NCBI GenBank assembly: GCA_029263195.1 | Contig: JAJCXX010000059.1 | Span: 15,166-79,165 of the forward strand | Direction of reading: 5' to 3' | Length of the DNA: 64,000 nucleotides | Source: Acidimicrobiales bacterium | GTDB lineage: Bacteria; Actinomycetota; Acidimicrobiia; Acidimicrobiales; Aldehydirespiratoraceae | Shown here: positions 9,007-17,775 of the stretch, one piece after another | Numbering within the stretch: position 1 is the stretch's first letter | How the letters are laid out: each line of letters begins with the position of its first letter | Notes under the pieces: generated by a model | Database searches by the model: none | What the model was told of the DNA's origin: nothing | Seen by the model: only the letters and a program-made list of their open reading frames with translations | Translations under genes and position numbers: made by a program

Positions 9007-9840
9007 ATGTCTGAATTATCCCTTGACCTTGAGCGCGTCGGCGCGGCGTCGGTCGCGATCCCGAAGGTCTTTGTCGATACCCCTCAGTACATCAGCGATG
9101 GTCTCAGCCGCATGCTGGGGCTCGATGTGATTCTCAAGGTGGAGACCGTGAATCCGGTCGGATCGGCGGCCGGCCGGGCGGCCGAGTGGTGGTTCGAATG
9201 CAATCCGGACGAACGGCGAATCGTCTGTCCGTCGGTGTCGGATCTCGGTGTTGCCATGGCCAGGGCCGGCCGGGTGCGCGGAGTCGAGGTCGACCTGTTC
9301 GGTCCGTTGGTCGCCGATCGGGGCATGGTTGATCTGCTTCGTCGTGGTGGCACCACGGTGCAACTGGATGGAAACGATCTCTTGGAGGCCTCGGTCGAGG
9401 CCCGGCGCTACGCCGCAGTGGTGGACGCCCGATTGGTCGAGGACGAAACCCATATCGAGTTCGTGGAGGGAGCGGCGACAATGGCGGCCGAACTCCAGGC
9501 GGATGTCGACTCGATGACCGAGATCTATGTACCTGCCGACTCGGGTTTCCTGGCGGTGGGCGTCGGGCAATGGTGTCACCAGATGATGCCGAGCACTCGA
9601 GTTGTGGCGGTTGTGGTCGGAAACGGACCGGGTCCGGTCGGGATGGCCACGACGTCCATCGATCAGACCGTTCATGTCGACAATGAGTCGATCGACCGGG
9701 CGCGGGAGGCGCTGGCGCGGCACGAGGGCCTTCGGGCGTCGGAAATCGGCGCGGCCCCATTGGCAGCGGCCATGCTGAGCGCTCCGCAGGGCGGAGGATC
9801 GACGGTGGTGGTCGCAGTGACCAGTCGCGATCTGGGCTGA
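9007..9840 (+). CDS. PALP-fold (Trp-synthase-beta/threonine-dehydratase-like) protein lacking the PLP-binding lysine
   Basis: 277 aa. ILKVETVNPVGSAAGRAA aligns with the K-x-E-x-x-N-P-T-G-S-F-K-D-R-G motif, but the Schiff-base Lys is replaced (SAAGRA). AELQADVDSMTEIYVPADSGFLAVGVGQ aligns with the E-x-x-x-Q-…-D-x-V-F-V-P-V-G-G-G-G-L-x-A-G region, with the Gly loop degenerated. Confidence 0.6.
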   Translation: MSELSLDLERVGAASVAIPKVFVDTPQYISDGLSRMLGLDVILKVETVNPVGSAAGRAAEWWFECNPDERRIVCPSVSDLGVAMARAGRVRGVEVDLFGPLVADRGMVDLLRRGGTTVQLDGNDLLEASVEARRYAAVVDARLVEDETHIEFVEGAATMAAELQADVDSMTEIYVPADSGFLAVGVGQWCHQMMPSTRVVAVVVGNGPGPVGMATTSIDQTVHVDNESIDRAREALARHEGLRASEIGAAPLAAAMLSAPQGGGSTVVVAVTSRDLG

Positions 9841-12312
9841 TCAACCGCGTTTCTTGGTTCGTGCGGTGGGAGCGGCGCTGGTCGGATCTTCGGGCCATGA
9901 GTGCTTCGGGTAGCGGCCACGCAGTTCTCGCCGGACCTCGGCGTAGCCGGTCTCCCAGAACGAGGCGAGATCGTCGGTCACCTGCACCGGACGGTGGGCA
10001 GGGGAGAGCAGATGCAGTACGACTCGCACCGCTCCGCCGGCCACGGTCGGCGATTCGGTCATCCCGAACATCTCCTGAAGCCTGACCGGCAGGACGGGGG
10101 CCGGGCCCATGTAGTCGACCGGGATTCGAGAACCGGATGGCACGTCGATGTGACTCGGGGCGAGACGATCGAGGTCGCGTCGTTGGCGCCAGTCGATCAG
10201 TGATCCGAGAGCGCCCTTGACATCCAGGGCCTCGAGATCGGATCGTCGCTTGGCGTTGCCGAGTTGAGGTGTGACCCAGTCGTCGAGTCGCTCCATCAGC
10301 GATTCGTCAGAAACGTCGGGCCATTCATCGGGGAAATTGGAGTGGGCAAACGCGAGCCTCGACCGATAGCGCTGATCGGCCTGGTTCCATCCGAGAATCG
10401 CCAGCCCCTCGCGACGCACCCCAGCCAGCAGGGCTTCGGTCACTTCTTGAAGTGGTGGATCGGGCACCCGGCCACTGACCAGGATGAGCGAGCCGAGCGT
10501 CTGTTGATCCTCGAACACGACGTCTCGGGCCCTGCGATCCCAGCCCCCGCGCACTGCGTGTTCGATCCGCTCACCGTGGAGGCTACGAATCTCTTCGAGA
10601 CTGACCGGTGCGGCGGTTCGAATAATCGCATCGGGTCCGGCGCCTTGCAGTTCGGCTACCGCCAGGAAGGGTTCGCGCGCCAACCCGTCGTCGGCTGGCA
10701 TGGTCGCTCCGGCACCAGACGTGAGAAGGAAGCCGCCGGGCTCCTTGCGCCTCATGGCGATTCGGTTAGGAAAGGCCTGAGAGATGAGTGGGCCGACCAG
10801 GTCGAGATCGAAGGGCTCATCGACGACGTCGAAGGCCCGGCGCCACCGTCGCGACGAGTCGCGGGCCCGGGACCTGGCGGATCGATCCACGCCGGGGCCT
10901 CCAGCGTGCAGCGCCTCCACTCTGGCCCGAAGATCGGTGGGCCGGTCGCGGCCGACCAAGAGATCACGGTCGGACAACACAGCCGCGACATCACACGCGG
11001 TGGCGGACTGACCGAGATTCGATCCGACGAGCATCAGATGGGCGAGTCTGGGCTCGGTACCGAGCCGCATCATGCTTCGACCGTGTTCTGTTATTCGTCG
11101 GTCCTCATCGATGGCCCCGAGAGCCGTCAGGGTTTCTCGGGCCGAATCGAGCGCAGCGGTGGGAGGAGGATCGAGCCATCGCAGTTCGGTGTGATCCACT
11201 ACTCCCCATGCCGCGATTTGCAGGGCCATGTCGGTGAGGTCGGATGTGAGGATCTCTGGAGGGTCGTGGCGGGGTCGGCGGGACTGATCGCTCTCGGACC
11301 AGAGGCGAACACACGCGCCGGCTTCCTGGCGGCCGGCCCGCCCTCGCCTCTGATCTGTTGATGCTTGGCTGGTACTGACGGTGCGCAGGCGACTCATCCC
11401 GCGACCATGGTCCATTTCGGGTCGGCGTCGTCGGCCGGTGTCGACCACGACTCTCACTCCGTCGATCGTGACGCTCGTCTCGGCCAACGGTGTGGAGAGG
11501 ATCACCTTGCGATGACCTGCCGGGTCTGGCTGAAGTGCGAGGTCCTGCTGGACCGGCGGAAGCATCCCGTGCAACGGCGTGATCACGATCTCGTCGCCAA
11601 GGCGACGCTTGAGCTCTCGTTGAGCTCGTGAAATGTCGCGGGCGCCGGCCAAGAAGACGAGAACGTCGCCGGGATGGCGATCCAGGGCAGCAACCACAGC
11701 GTCGGGAACCTCCGCTTCGGCGTCTCGGCCTGGAGCAGGAGGGCGGTAGATCGTGCTGACGGGATGGGTTTGTCCCTCGGCGCGGATCACGGAGTCGGTA
11801 CCGAGGCCGGTACTGAGGGCTTCGGAGTCGAGGGTCGCCGACATCACGATGAGCCGCAGGTCCGGACGTAGTGCATCAAGAGTTTCGAGAGCGAACACGA
11901 GTGCGGTGTCGGCGTGGATGCTGCGTTCGTGGAACTCGTCGAACACCACGGCACCCACCCCTGACAGGGACGGGTCATCGAGAAGCATCCGGGTGAGTAC
12001 GCCTTCGGTCACGACCTCCACGCGAGTGTGGCGTCCGACCCTCGTGTCGAATCTGGTTCGCAGCCCGATGGTCCGGCCGATCTTCTCGCCGCGTTCGTCG
12101 GCCATTCGTTGAGCGGCAGCCCGCGCCGCGACCCGACGGGGTTCGAGAATGATCACTTTCTTACCGTCGAATTGGCGAATGCCGATTAGGAACGGAGGCA
12201 CCCGCGTGGTCTTGCCCGTGCCCGGTGGGGCTTCGATGATCACGACGGCATTGTCGATGAGGGCCGCCTCGAGCTCGGGCAGTACTTCGTCGACCGGGAG
12301 GTGAGCGGCCAT
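9841..12312 (-). CDS. hrpB: ATP-dependent RNA helicase HrpB (DEAH-box)
   Basis: 823 aa. Motifs: Walker A GTGKTT, DEFHER, an HA2-like region and the C-terminal HrpB domain. Confidence 0.85.
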   Translation of the reverse strand: MAAHLPVDEVLPELEAALIDNAVVIIEAPPGTGKTTRVPPFLIGIRQFDGKKVIILEPRRVAARAAAQRMADERGEKIGRTIGLRTRFDTRVGRHTRVEVVTEGVLTRMLLDDPSLSGVGAVVFDEFHERSIHADTALVFALETLDALRPDLRLIVMSATLDSEALSTGLGTDSVIRAEGQTHPVSTIYRPPAPGRDAEAEVPDAVVAALDRHPGDVLVFLAGARDISRAQRELKRRLGDEIVITPLHGMLPPVQQDLALQPDPAGHRKVILSTPLAETSVTIDGVRVVVDTGRRRRPEMDHGRGMSRLRTVSTSQASTDQRRGRAGRQEAGACVRLWSESDQSRRPRHDPPEILTSDLTDMALQIAAWGVVDHTELRWLDPPPTAALDSARETLTALGAIDEDRRITEHGRSMMRLGTEPRLAHLMLVGSNLGQSATACDVAAVLSDRDLLVGRDRPTDLRARVEALHAGGPGVDRSARSRARDSSRRWRRAFDVVDEPFDLDLVGPLISQAFPNRIAMRRKEPGGFLLTSGAGATMPADDGLAREPFLAVAELQGAGPDAIIRTAAPVSLEEIRSLHGERIEHAVRGGWDRRARDVVFEDQQTLGSLILVSGRVPDPPLQEVTEALLAGVRREGLAILGWNQADQRYRSRLAFAHSNFPDEWPDVSDESLMERLDDWVTPQLGNAKRRSDLEALDVKGALGSLIDWRQRRDLDRLAPSHIDVPSGSRIPVDYMGPAPVLPVRLQEMFGMTESPTVAGGAVRVVLHLLSPAHRPVQVTDDLASFWETGYAEVRRELRGRYPKHSWPEDPTSAAPTARTKKRG

Positions 12313-12327
12313 TCTTTCAGGGCCGAT

Positions 12328-13005
12328 TCATTGGAGCTGGTTGGTGATCGAACGGACGGCGTCGGCGACGGTCTCGGGGTTGGATTTCATCACGTAGTGG
12401 CGGGCCCCTTCGACCGTGGTTCGCGTCACGTTGGGGAGTTTTCTCTCCATGTAGTCGTTGGCGCCGAGGAACGCCCGGTCGTCGCTCCCCACGACCAGCG
12501 CGACCGGTATGTCGATCTCCTGAAGACGGTCGATGACCATGGAGTCGATGTGCAGGGCGATGCCCGCTGCAGTCGAGGTGACGCCGTATTTGGGGGCGCT
12601 GGCCTCGACCCGTTCGTTCCAGCTCTCGCGGGCGGCCTGGTCTCGGAACCCCGGGCCGGTCGATACCAACACGAGCCCGCTGAGAACACTGGGTCGGGTC
12701 AGGACATGGGCCATGCCCAGGTAGCCACCCAATGAGTGACCGACGAGTGTCGTCGGTCGGGTCGAGTCGGTGATCAACTCGTCGATGTCGTCGAGCACCG
12801 CCTCGCGGCCGTATGCCGCCGGATCGTCGGGGGACGGTGATTGTCCGTGACCCGGGAGATCGATGCTGACGCACCGGTGATCACCGGCGAGCAGGTCGAC
12901 AGTCGGACCCCAGACCGACGAATCGGAATCGAGGCCGTGAAGGAACAGCACGTCCGGGCCGTCGCCCCTCCGATCGATGTGAAGGAATGGTGTTCGGTCG
13001 CTCAC
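12328..13005 (-). CDS. alpha/beta-fold hydrolase
   Basis: The likely start is the GTG at 13005, preceded by GGAGG with a 6-nt spacer; the longer ORF to 13098 would overlap the upstream enoyl-CoA hydratase. It has a GHSLGG nucleophile elbow. Confidence 0.7.
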   Translation of the reverse strand: MSDRTPFLHIDRRGDGPDVLFLHGLDSDSSVWGPTVDLLAGDHRCVSIDLPGHGQSPSPDDPAAYGREAVLDDIDELITDSTRPTTLVGHSLGGYLGMAHVLTRPSVLSGLVLVSTGPGFRDQAARESWNERVEASAPKYGVTSTAAGIALHIDSMVIDRLQEIDIPVALVVGSDDRAFLGANDYMERKLPNVTRTTVEGARHYVMKSNPETVADAVRSITNQLQ

Positions 13006-13019
13006 AACTGACCTCCGGT

Positions 13020-13814
13020 TCAGCGGCCCTCGAAGATCGGCCGGCGTTTGTCCATGAACGCCTGCACCCCTTCGCGGAAATCGGCGCTCGAGTAGCAACG
13101 GGATGCGGCAGCGGCGGCCGCGGCGTCGAGGTTGTCGTGCAACAGTGAATCGACGGTGAGCTTGCCGGCACGGATCGAAAGTGGCGACAAACCGCCGATC
13201 TGATCGGCGAGAGTCGCGGTCTGGGCATCCAGGTCGTCCTTCTCGGTCAAGACATCAACGAGACCCATCCGATGGGCCTCGGTTGAGTCGACCACCCGTG
13301 CCGTGAACAGCAACAGTTTGGCGGCGCTGGGTCCGACCAGGTGGACAAGTCTTGCGGTCGCCGATCGGGGATAAGCGAGGCCCAGGCGAGCCGGCGGAAC
13401 CGAGAACAGGGCGTCGTCGGAAGCGAACCTGATGTCGGCGAGCAAGGCGATCGCCAGACCTCCGCCCATGCACGGCCCGTGGATCGAGGCTACGACCGGC
13501 ACCGGGATCGATTCGATCGCGTTCCATGCGAGCTGCTCGGATGAGTCGTAGTGCCCGGCCTTGTCGCCGGTTCGACGCTCCGGGAACTCACTGATGTCGG
13601 ATCCGGCCCCGAATGCCTCGGTGCCCGATCCCTTCAGGATCACACAGCGAATGTCGGGGTCGGACATGATCTGCTCAACCGCCCCGGGGACCTCGCGGTA
13701 CATCGCACTGTTCATGGCGTTGCGGCGCCCGGGATTGTCGATGATGAGCGTGGCGGTGGGCCCGCTCAGTTCGATTCGTATTTGTGCCACGCGGTCAGGA
13801 TTGCAGATCGACAC
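13020..13814 (-). CDS. enoyl-CoA hydratase/isomerase (crotonase) family protein
   Basis: 264 aa with the crotonase motifs NPGRRNAM and KGSGTEAFGAGSDI. Confidence 0.8.
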   Translation of the reverse strand: MSICNPDRVAQIRIELSGPTATLIIDNPGRRNAMNSAMYREVPGAVEQIMSDPDIRCVILKGSGTEAFGAGSDISEFPERRTGDKAGHYDSSEQLAWNAIESIPVPVVASIHGPCMGGGLAIALLADIRFASDDALFSVPPARLGLAYPRSATARLVHLVGPSAAKLLLFTARVVDSTEAHRMGLVDVLTEKDDLDAQTATLADQIGGLSPLSIRAGKLTVDSLLHDNLDAAAAAAASRCYSSADFREGVQAFMDKRRPIFEGR

Positions 13815-13838
13815 GCGTGTCGGGTGGCAAATCCACGG

Positions 13839-16800
13839 TCAGTGGGCGTGACCGACCATTCGCTCACCTTGGAGCTCACCTTGGAGTCCGGCCTCGATCT
13901 GCTCGGCCGGAGCCGGTCGGGTGAAGTAGTACCCCTGTCCGAATCGGCATCCGAGTGCCCGGAGTCGGGTGTGTTGCACCGGCAACTCGATGCCTTCGGC
14001 GATGGTGGTGGCACCCATCTCGTGCGCCAGTCGCAGAACCGTCGTGACGACGCTTGACCGTTCGTTGTCCTCGAGTTTCATGACGAACGACCGGTCGATC
14101 TTGAGGATGTCGGCCGCGAAGACCTCGGCGTATCGCAGTGTTGCGTTTCCAGTGCCGAAGTCGTCGATCGCCACCCGCAGCCCGGCATCGCGGAGCTGAT
14201 CGATTCTCTCCTTGATCAGCTCGAAGTCGTCGATCAATGCCGATTCGGTGAGCTCCAGCACGACGGCGCTGTGATCGATACCTGATTCGTCGACTGTGTT
14301 GAGGATCTCCGACACGATCCCGTCGCGCTTGAGCTGAACCGGCGAGACGTTGACGCTCACGTATATGTCGTGGCCGGCTTTGCGCCACTTGGCCGCCTGG
14401 TTGACGGCGGTGTCGAGGACCGATTGGCCGATGGGGATGATCATTCCGTTCTTCTCCGCCAGCGGAATGAAGGAGTCTGGACTGACCATTCCTCGCTTCG
14501 GATGGAACCATCTCACCAGAGCTTCGACGCCCACTGTCTTGCCCGAGGCGAGATCGACGATCGGCTGGTAGTACAGCATCAACTCGTCGTTCTCGATGGC
14601 CGCTCCGAGGGCGTTGGCGATCTCGAATCGTTCGACGGTCTCGTCGGACATACCGGCTTCGTACACAGCCCAACGGCCCTTGCCCTGGCCCTTGGCCTCG
14701 TACATGGCAACATCGGCATGACGCAGAAGGTCCTCCGGCGTCTGACAGTCGTCGTCGCTGACGGCGATTCCGACGCTCACGCCGATGATTATCTCGCGAC
14801 CCATCAGACGCACAGGGCGCGACAGCTCCTCGACCACGCGATCGGCAATGGTCGTGATGTCGGTTTCGCTGTAGACATCGGTGAGTAGCACGGCGAATTC
14901 GTCTCCGCCGAATCTTGCTGCCTTGTCCTGGAGGCGCAGGCGGCCGAGCAGACGGCTGGATATCTCCACCAGAACCTGATCGCCGGCGGCGTGTCCGAGA
15001 GAGTCGTTGACGTTCTTGAAATCGTCGATGTCGATGAAGAGAACTGCGACCTTGCCCGGTCCGGACTCATGCTCACGAAGGGATGCAGTGAGTGTGTCGG
15101 TGAACTGCACGCGACTTCCGAGGCCGGTCAGATCGTCGTGGAGGATCTGGTGACGCAGGTCGTCCTCGAGCTTCTTGCGGTCGCTGATGTCGCGAATGTT
15201 GAGCACGAGGCCCCGTACTGCGTCGTCGTCACGCCGATCGGTGAGGGTGACTTCGACGGTCCTCCACTGGCCCGACGAGTGTGCGAGTGAGACCTCCACG
15301 GTCCGACTACCGACGCTTCCGTTGGCGAGGTCGTCGCGCAGTTGCTGGATTCTACGAACCTGATCGGGGGGCAAGAGCTCGAGAACGTTTCGGCCTTGGA
15401 CTTCATCGGGTCGGAGGCCGAGAAGGTCGTAGACAGTGGGGCTGGCGTAGGTGAACGATCCCTGCTCATCGACGACGCTGATGACGTCGGAGCTGTGCTG
15501 AACCAGGCCTCGGAACCATTCCTCGCTGCGTTGCAGGCCGATCTTGGCCGCTCGTTCCTCGGTGATGTCGCGTGCTGTCATGACCACACCGCCGACTTCA
15601 TTGTCGTCGGAGAAGTCGCAGGCGGAGATCTCGAACCAGCGGTAGTCGTCTCCGGCCGTTCGAAACCGGGCGTCCATGGTGATCGGTGGCTCAGAAGGAC
15701 TGGTCGGCCGGTGCAGGTGTTCGGTGATGCGGCCGGCGTCTTCGGTGTGCGCGAGCCCGATGAGACCCGTGTCGATGATCTCGGTGCTGCTGAGGCCGAG
15801 AATCCTCGTGGCATTGGGTGAGACGAAGAGAACGCGGTCGAGTGAGTCGGTCACCATCACGACGTCGGTCGACTGCTCGACAAGGGCGTGGAGTCGTCGT
15901 TCCGACCGGCGCTTGAATGCATCTTCGCGCATGGTGATGTTGTGCAAGGCCAAGGTGGCGTGGGCGGCCATGGTCTGTAGAGCCAACTGCTGGCTGTGTT
16001 CCAGCGGTCCTCGGGGTACGACGATAATCGCGCCGTCGGACGAACCGAGGCGCACGTTGATCGACTCGGACTGCTGATCGAGTCTGATCATCTCGGAGAT
16101 CGTGGCCACGTCGTCGCCAGGGGGCCACATCGCATCCTGAAGATCGACTATGCCGCCGGAGGTCCGACTGACGACCACCGCATCCCCCTGGGAGCGAACG
16201 ACCGCGACGTGAGCGGAGTTGTCACCGAAGATGAGGCGGATCGCGCTGCCAAGTGCGCTCACCACGGAGGGAGCATCCTCGGCGGTCACGAGGTCTTGGG
16301 TGGTCTGGTTCAGTTCGTTGTCAAGTCGGGCCAGCTTGTCGCGTGCTCTCAACAGACCGACAACTCTGACCAATACGAGAGTCGACAACACGGCGGTGAA
16401 CACGAATGTGATTACGAAGCTTCCGCCAACCATGATCTGCATCAGTGCCAGCACCGGAAGCATCAGAACGCTCAGAGCCAAGCTGACAAGCCGGCTGCGT
16501 GTGAGGTCAGGACTGCTTGCCGGGGGCCGTTCGAAGAGTCCGGAGTGATCAGGTTCGTGTGCGAGCAGGGCGAACGATCCGAATCCCACGGCCGCGATCG
16601 GGATCAGGATACGGCCCCCCGGTTCACCGATCGTGTCGAGTATCGCCACCACGTCGGTGGCCAAGATGGTGAGCATCGCGGTGGCTGTGAGCCAGTAACT
16701 GCGGCTTCTCCGGGCCGGCCCGGTGGCAAGTCTGAGGGTCGTGGCAGCGATCGCCACCTCGGTGGCCGCATAGACGAGGGTGAGGGCGCGGTGCTCGACG

Positions 16801-17357
16801 GTGTACGTGCTGTCTTGGAGGTAGCCCTGCAGTACCCCGACCCAGAATGGCCCGAGCAGTGCGATGGCCACCATGACGACGTCGAGAGCATCGCCTTGCC
16901 CCACGAACGATCGGCGGGATCTCGCCATTGACAACAGCGACCAGATGACGAGGGCGTAGCCGCTGATGGCCAAGCCGTCGGCCGGACTCGGGAACGGGAA
17001 CTCCACTCCGGAAACCCCGGCGTGGACGGCCCTTGCCAGGCTGGCACCGAACAGGGCGCACGCACCTATGAACAGTTGGATCAATGCGGGGGTCTTGTCG
17101 GGTCGCCGCTTGAGAAAGACTCCGCCGGCGATCAGACACACGAACGAAAACACGACGAAAAGGAGTTCAGCCAGAAGTGTCGGCGCCAGGAAAAGCAGAG
17201 CGCCCACTGCGGCAAGCCACCAGCCAGATTTGAACCTTTGCATCGTCACGAACGAACAGTCGGCAATTCGCACGATTTGTTGAGGGGTAGGGGAAGGCTC
17301 GGTTGATCGACCACCGAGAGTGAGATTGGCGGTGCGTCGCGTGCAAGAGTTATCCAC
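13839..17357 (-). CDS. membrane-anchored PAS-PAS-GGDEF-EAL sensor (diguanylate cyclase/phosphodiesterase)
   Basis: 1172 aa by the ORF track (GTG start). An alternative start at M39 (17243) precedes the first TM helix directly. It has about 8 N-terminal TM helices, PAS repeats, an intact GGDEF motif and an intact EAL domain (EALVRW). Confidence 0.85.
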   Translation of the reverse strand: MDNSCTRRTANLTLGGRSTEPSPTPQQIVRIADCSFVTMQRFKSGWWLAAVGALLFLAPTLLAELLFVVFSFVCLIAGGVFLKRRPDKTPALIQLFIGACALFGASLARAVHAGVSGVEFPFPSPADGLAISGYALVIWSLLSMARSRRSFVGQGDALDVVMVAIALLGPFWVGVLQGYLQDSTYTVEHRALTLVYAATEVAIAATTLRLATGPARRSRSYWLTATAMLTILATDVVAILDTIGEPGGRILIPIAAVGFGSFALLAHEPDHSGLFERPPASSPDLTRSRLVSLALSVLMLPVLALMQIMVGGSFVITFVFTAVLSTLVLVRVVGLLRARDKLARLDNELNQTTQDLVTAEDAPSVVSALGSAIRLIFGDNSAHVAVVRSQGDAVVVSRTSGGIVDLQDAMWPPGDDVATISEMIRLDQQSESINVRLGSSDGAIIVVPRGPLEHSQQLALQTMAAHATLALHNITMREDAFKRRSERRLHALVEQSTDVVMVTDSLDRVLFVSPNATRILGLSSTEIIDTGLIGLAHTEDAGRITEHLHRPTSPSEPPITMDARFRTAGDDYRWFEISACDFSDDNEVGGVVMTARDITEERAAKIGLQRSEEWFRGLVQHSSDVISVVDEQGSFTYASPTVYDLLGLRPDEVQGRNVLELLPPDQVRRIQQLRDDLANGSVGSRTVEVSLAHSSGQWRTVEVTLTDRRDDDAVRGLVLNIRDISDRKKLEDDLRHQILHDDLTGLGSRVQFTDTLTASLREHESGPGKVAVLFIDIDDFKNVNDSLGHAAGDQVLVEISSRLLGRLRLQDKAARFGGDEFAVLLTDVYSETDITTIADRVVEELSRPVRLMGREIIIGVSVGIAVSDDDCQTPEDLLRHADVAMYEAKGQGKGRWAVYEAGMSDETVERFEIANALGAAIENDELMLYYQPIVDLASGKTVGVEALVRWFHPKRGMVSPDSFIPLAEKNGMIIPIGQSVLDTAVNQAAKWRKAGHDIYVSVNVSPVQLKRDGIVSEILNTVDESGIDHSAVVLELTESALIDDFELIKERIDQLRDAGLRVAIDDFGTGNATLRYAEVFAADILKIDRSFVMKLEDNERSSVVTTVLRLAHEMGATTIAEGIELPVQHTRLRALGCRFGQGYYFTRPAPAEQIEAGLQGELQGERMVGHAH

Positions 17358-17366
17358 TTTTCCACA

Positions 17367-17394
17367 GGGCCCATTGGCCTAGGCCAATAGGCCC
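17367..17394. promoter_or_regulatory. 16-bp perfect palindrome ATTGGCCTAGGCCAAT (28 bp with one mismatch pair: GGGCCCATTGGCCTAGGCCAATAGGCCC) in the divergent intergenic region
   Basis: Read directly from the sequence at 17373-17388. It lies between the start of the PAS-GGDEF-EAL gene (17357 or 17243, minus strand) and the SAM-decarboxylase-like gene (17433, plus strand). Confidence 0.4.
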
Positions 17395-17432
17395 AGATAC
17401 CATCCTTGACTCTGACTAGGACAGGAGTTGAC

Positions 17433-17774
17433 GTGAGGGACCTCGCGCCTCAGATCCACAGACAACGTCTGGTGATCGAGGGATACCCCGAAAGGCCACT
17501 CGAAGCGCACGACATCACCGACTATTTGTCGAAGATGTCCGAGGTGCTCCAAATGACCACTCTTCAGGAGCCGCTCACCAATCTCAGCTCTCGCTATGGC
17601 TGGGCCGGGTGGATCCACTGGGAGAACTCGGGCGCCCACTTCTACGCCTGGGAGAAGCCAGTCCTGTTCTTCAGCGTCGACATCTACACGTGCAAGCGGT
17701 TCGATCCGCATGCCGCAGTCGCCTTCACCCGAGAGTTTCTGGGAGCCGAGACGATCGAGTTCAAGGAATTCTGA
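17433..17774 (+). CDS. S-adenosylmethionine decarboxylase-like protein (AdoMet_dc / SpeH class 1a fold, pyruvoyl-enzyme family)
   Basis: The likely start is the GTG at 17433, preceded by AGGACAGGAG with a 5-nt spacer. It aligns with Thermotoga SpeH: LVIEGYPE matches LVAEFYEC; HWENSGAHFYAWE matches ISESHLTIHTWPE, with the pyruvoyl-precursor Ser conserved but in Asn-Ser rather than Glu-Ser; VDIYTCKRFDP matches IDLFTCGEDVDP, with the Cys conserved. Confidence 0.55.
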   Translation: MRDLAPQIHRQRLVIEGYPERPLEAHDITDYLSKMSEVLQMTTLQEPLTNLSSRYGWAGWIHWENSGAHFYAWEKPVLFFSVDIYTCKRFDPHAAVAFTREFLGAETIEFKEF

Positions 17775-17775
17775 G

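Noticed and set aside
9134-9898. Long Arg/Pro/Gly-rich alternative-frame ORFs throughout the window (for example 9134-9898 minus, 26682-27665 minus, 28009-28926 plus, 31426-33120 plus, 40457-41230 minus)
   Set aside because: Their composition (runs of R, P, G, H) is the usual shadow-ORF artefact of a high-GC genome. Each overlaps a well-supported gene in another frame.
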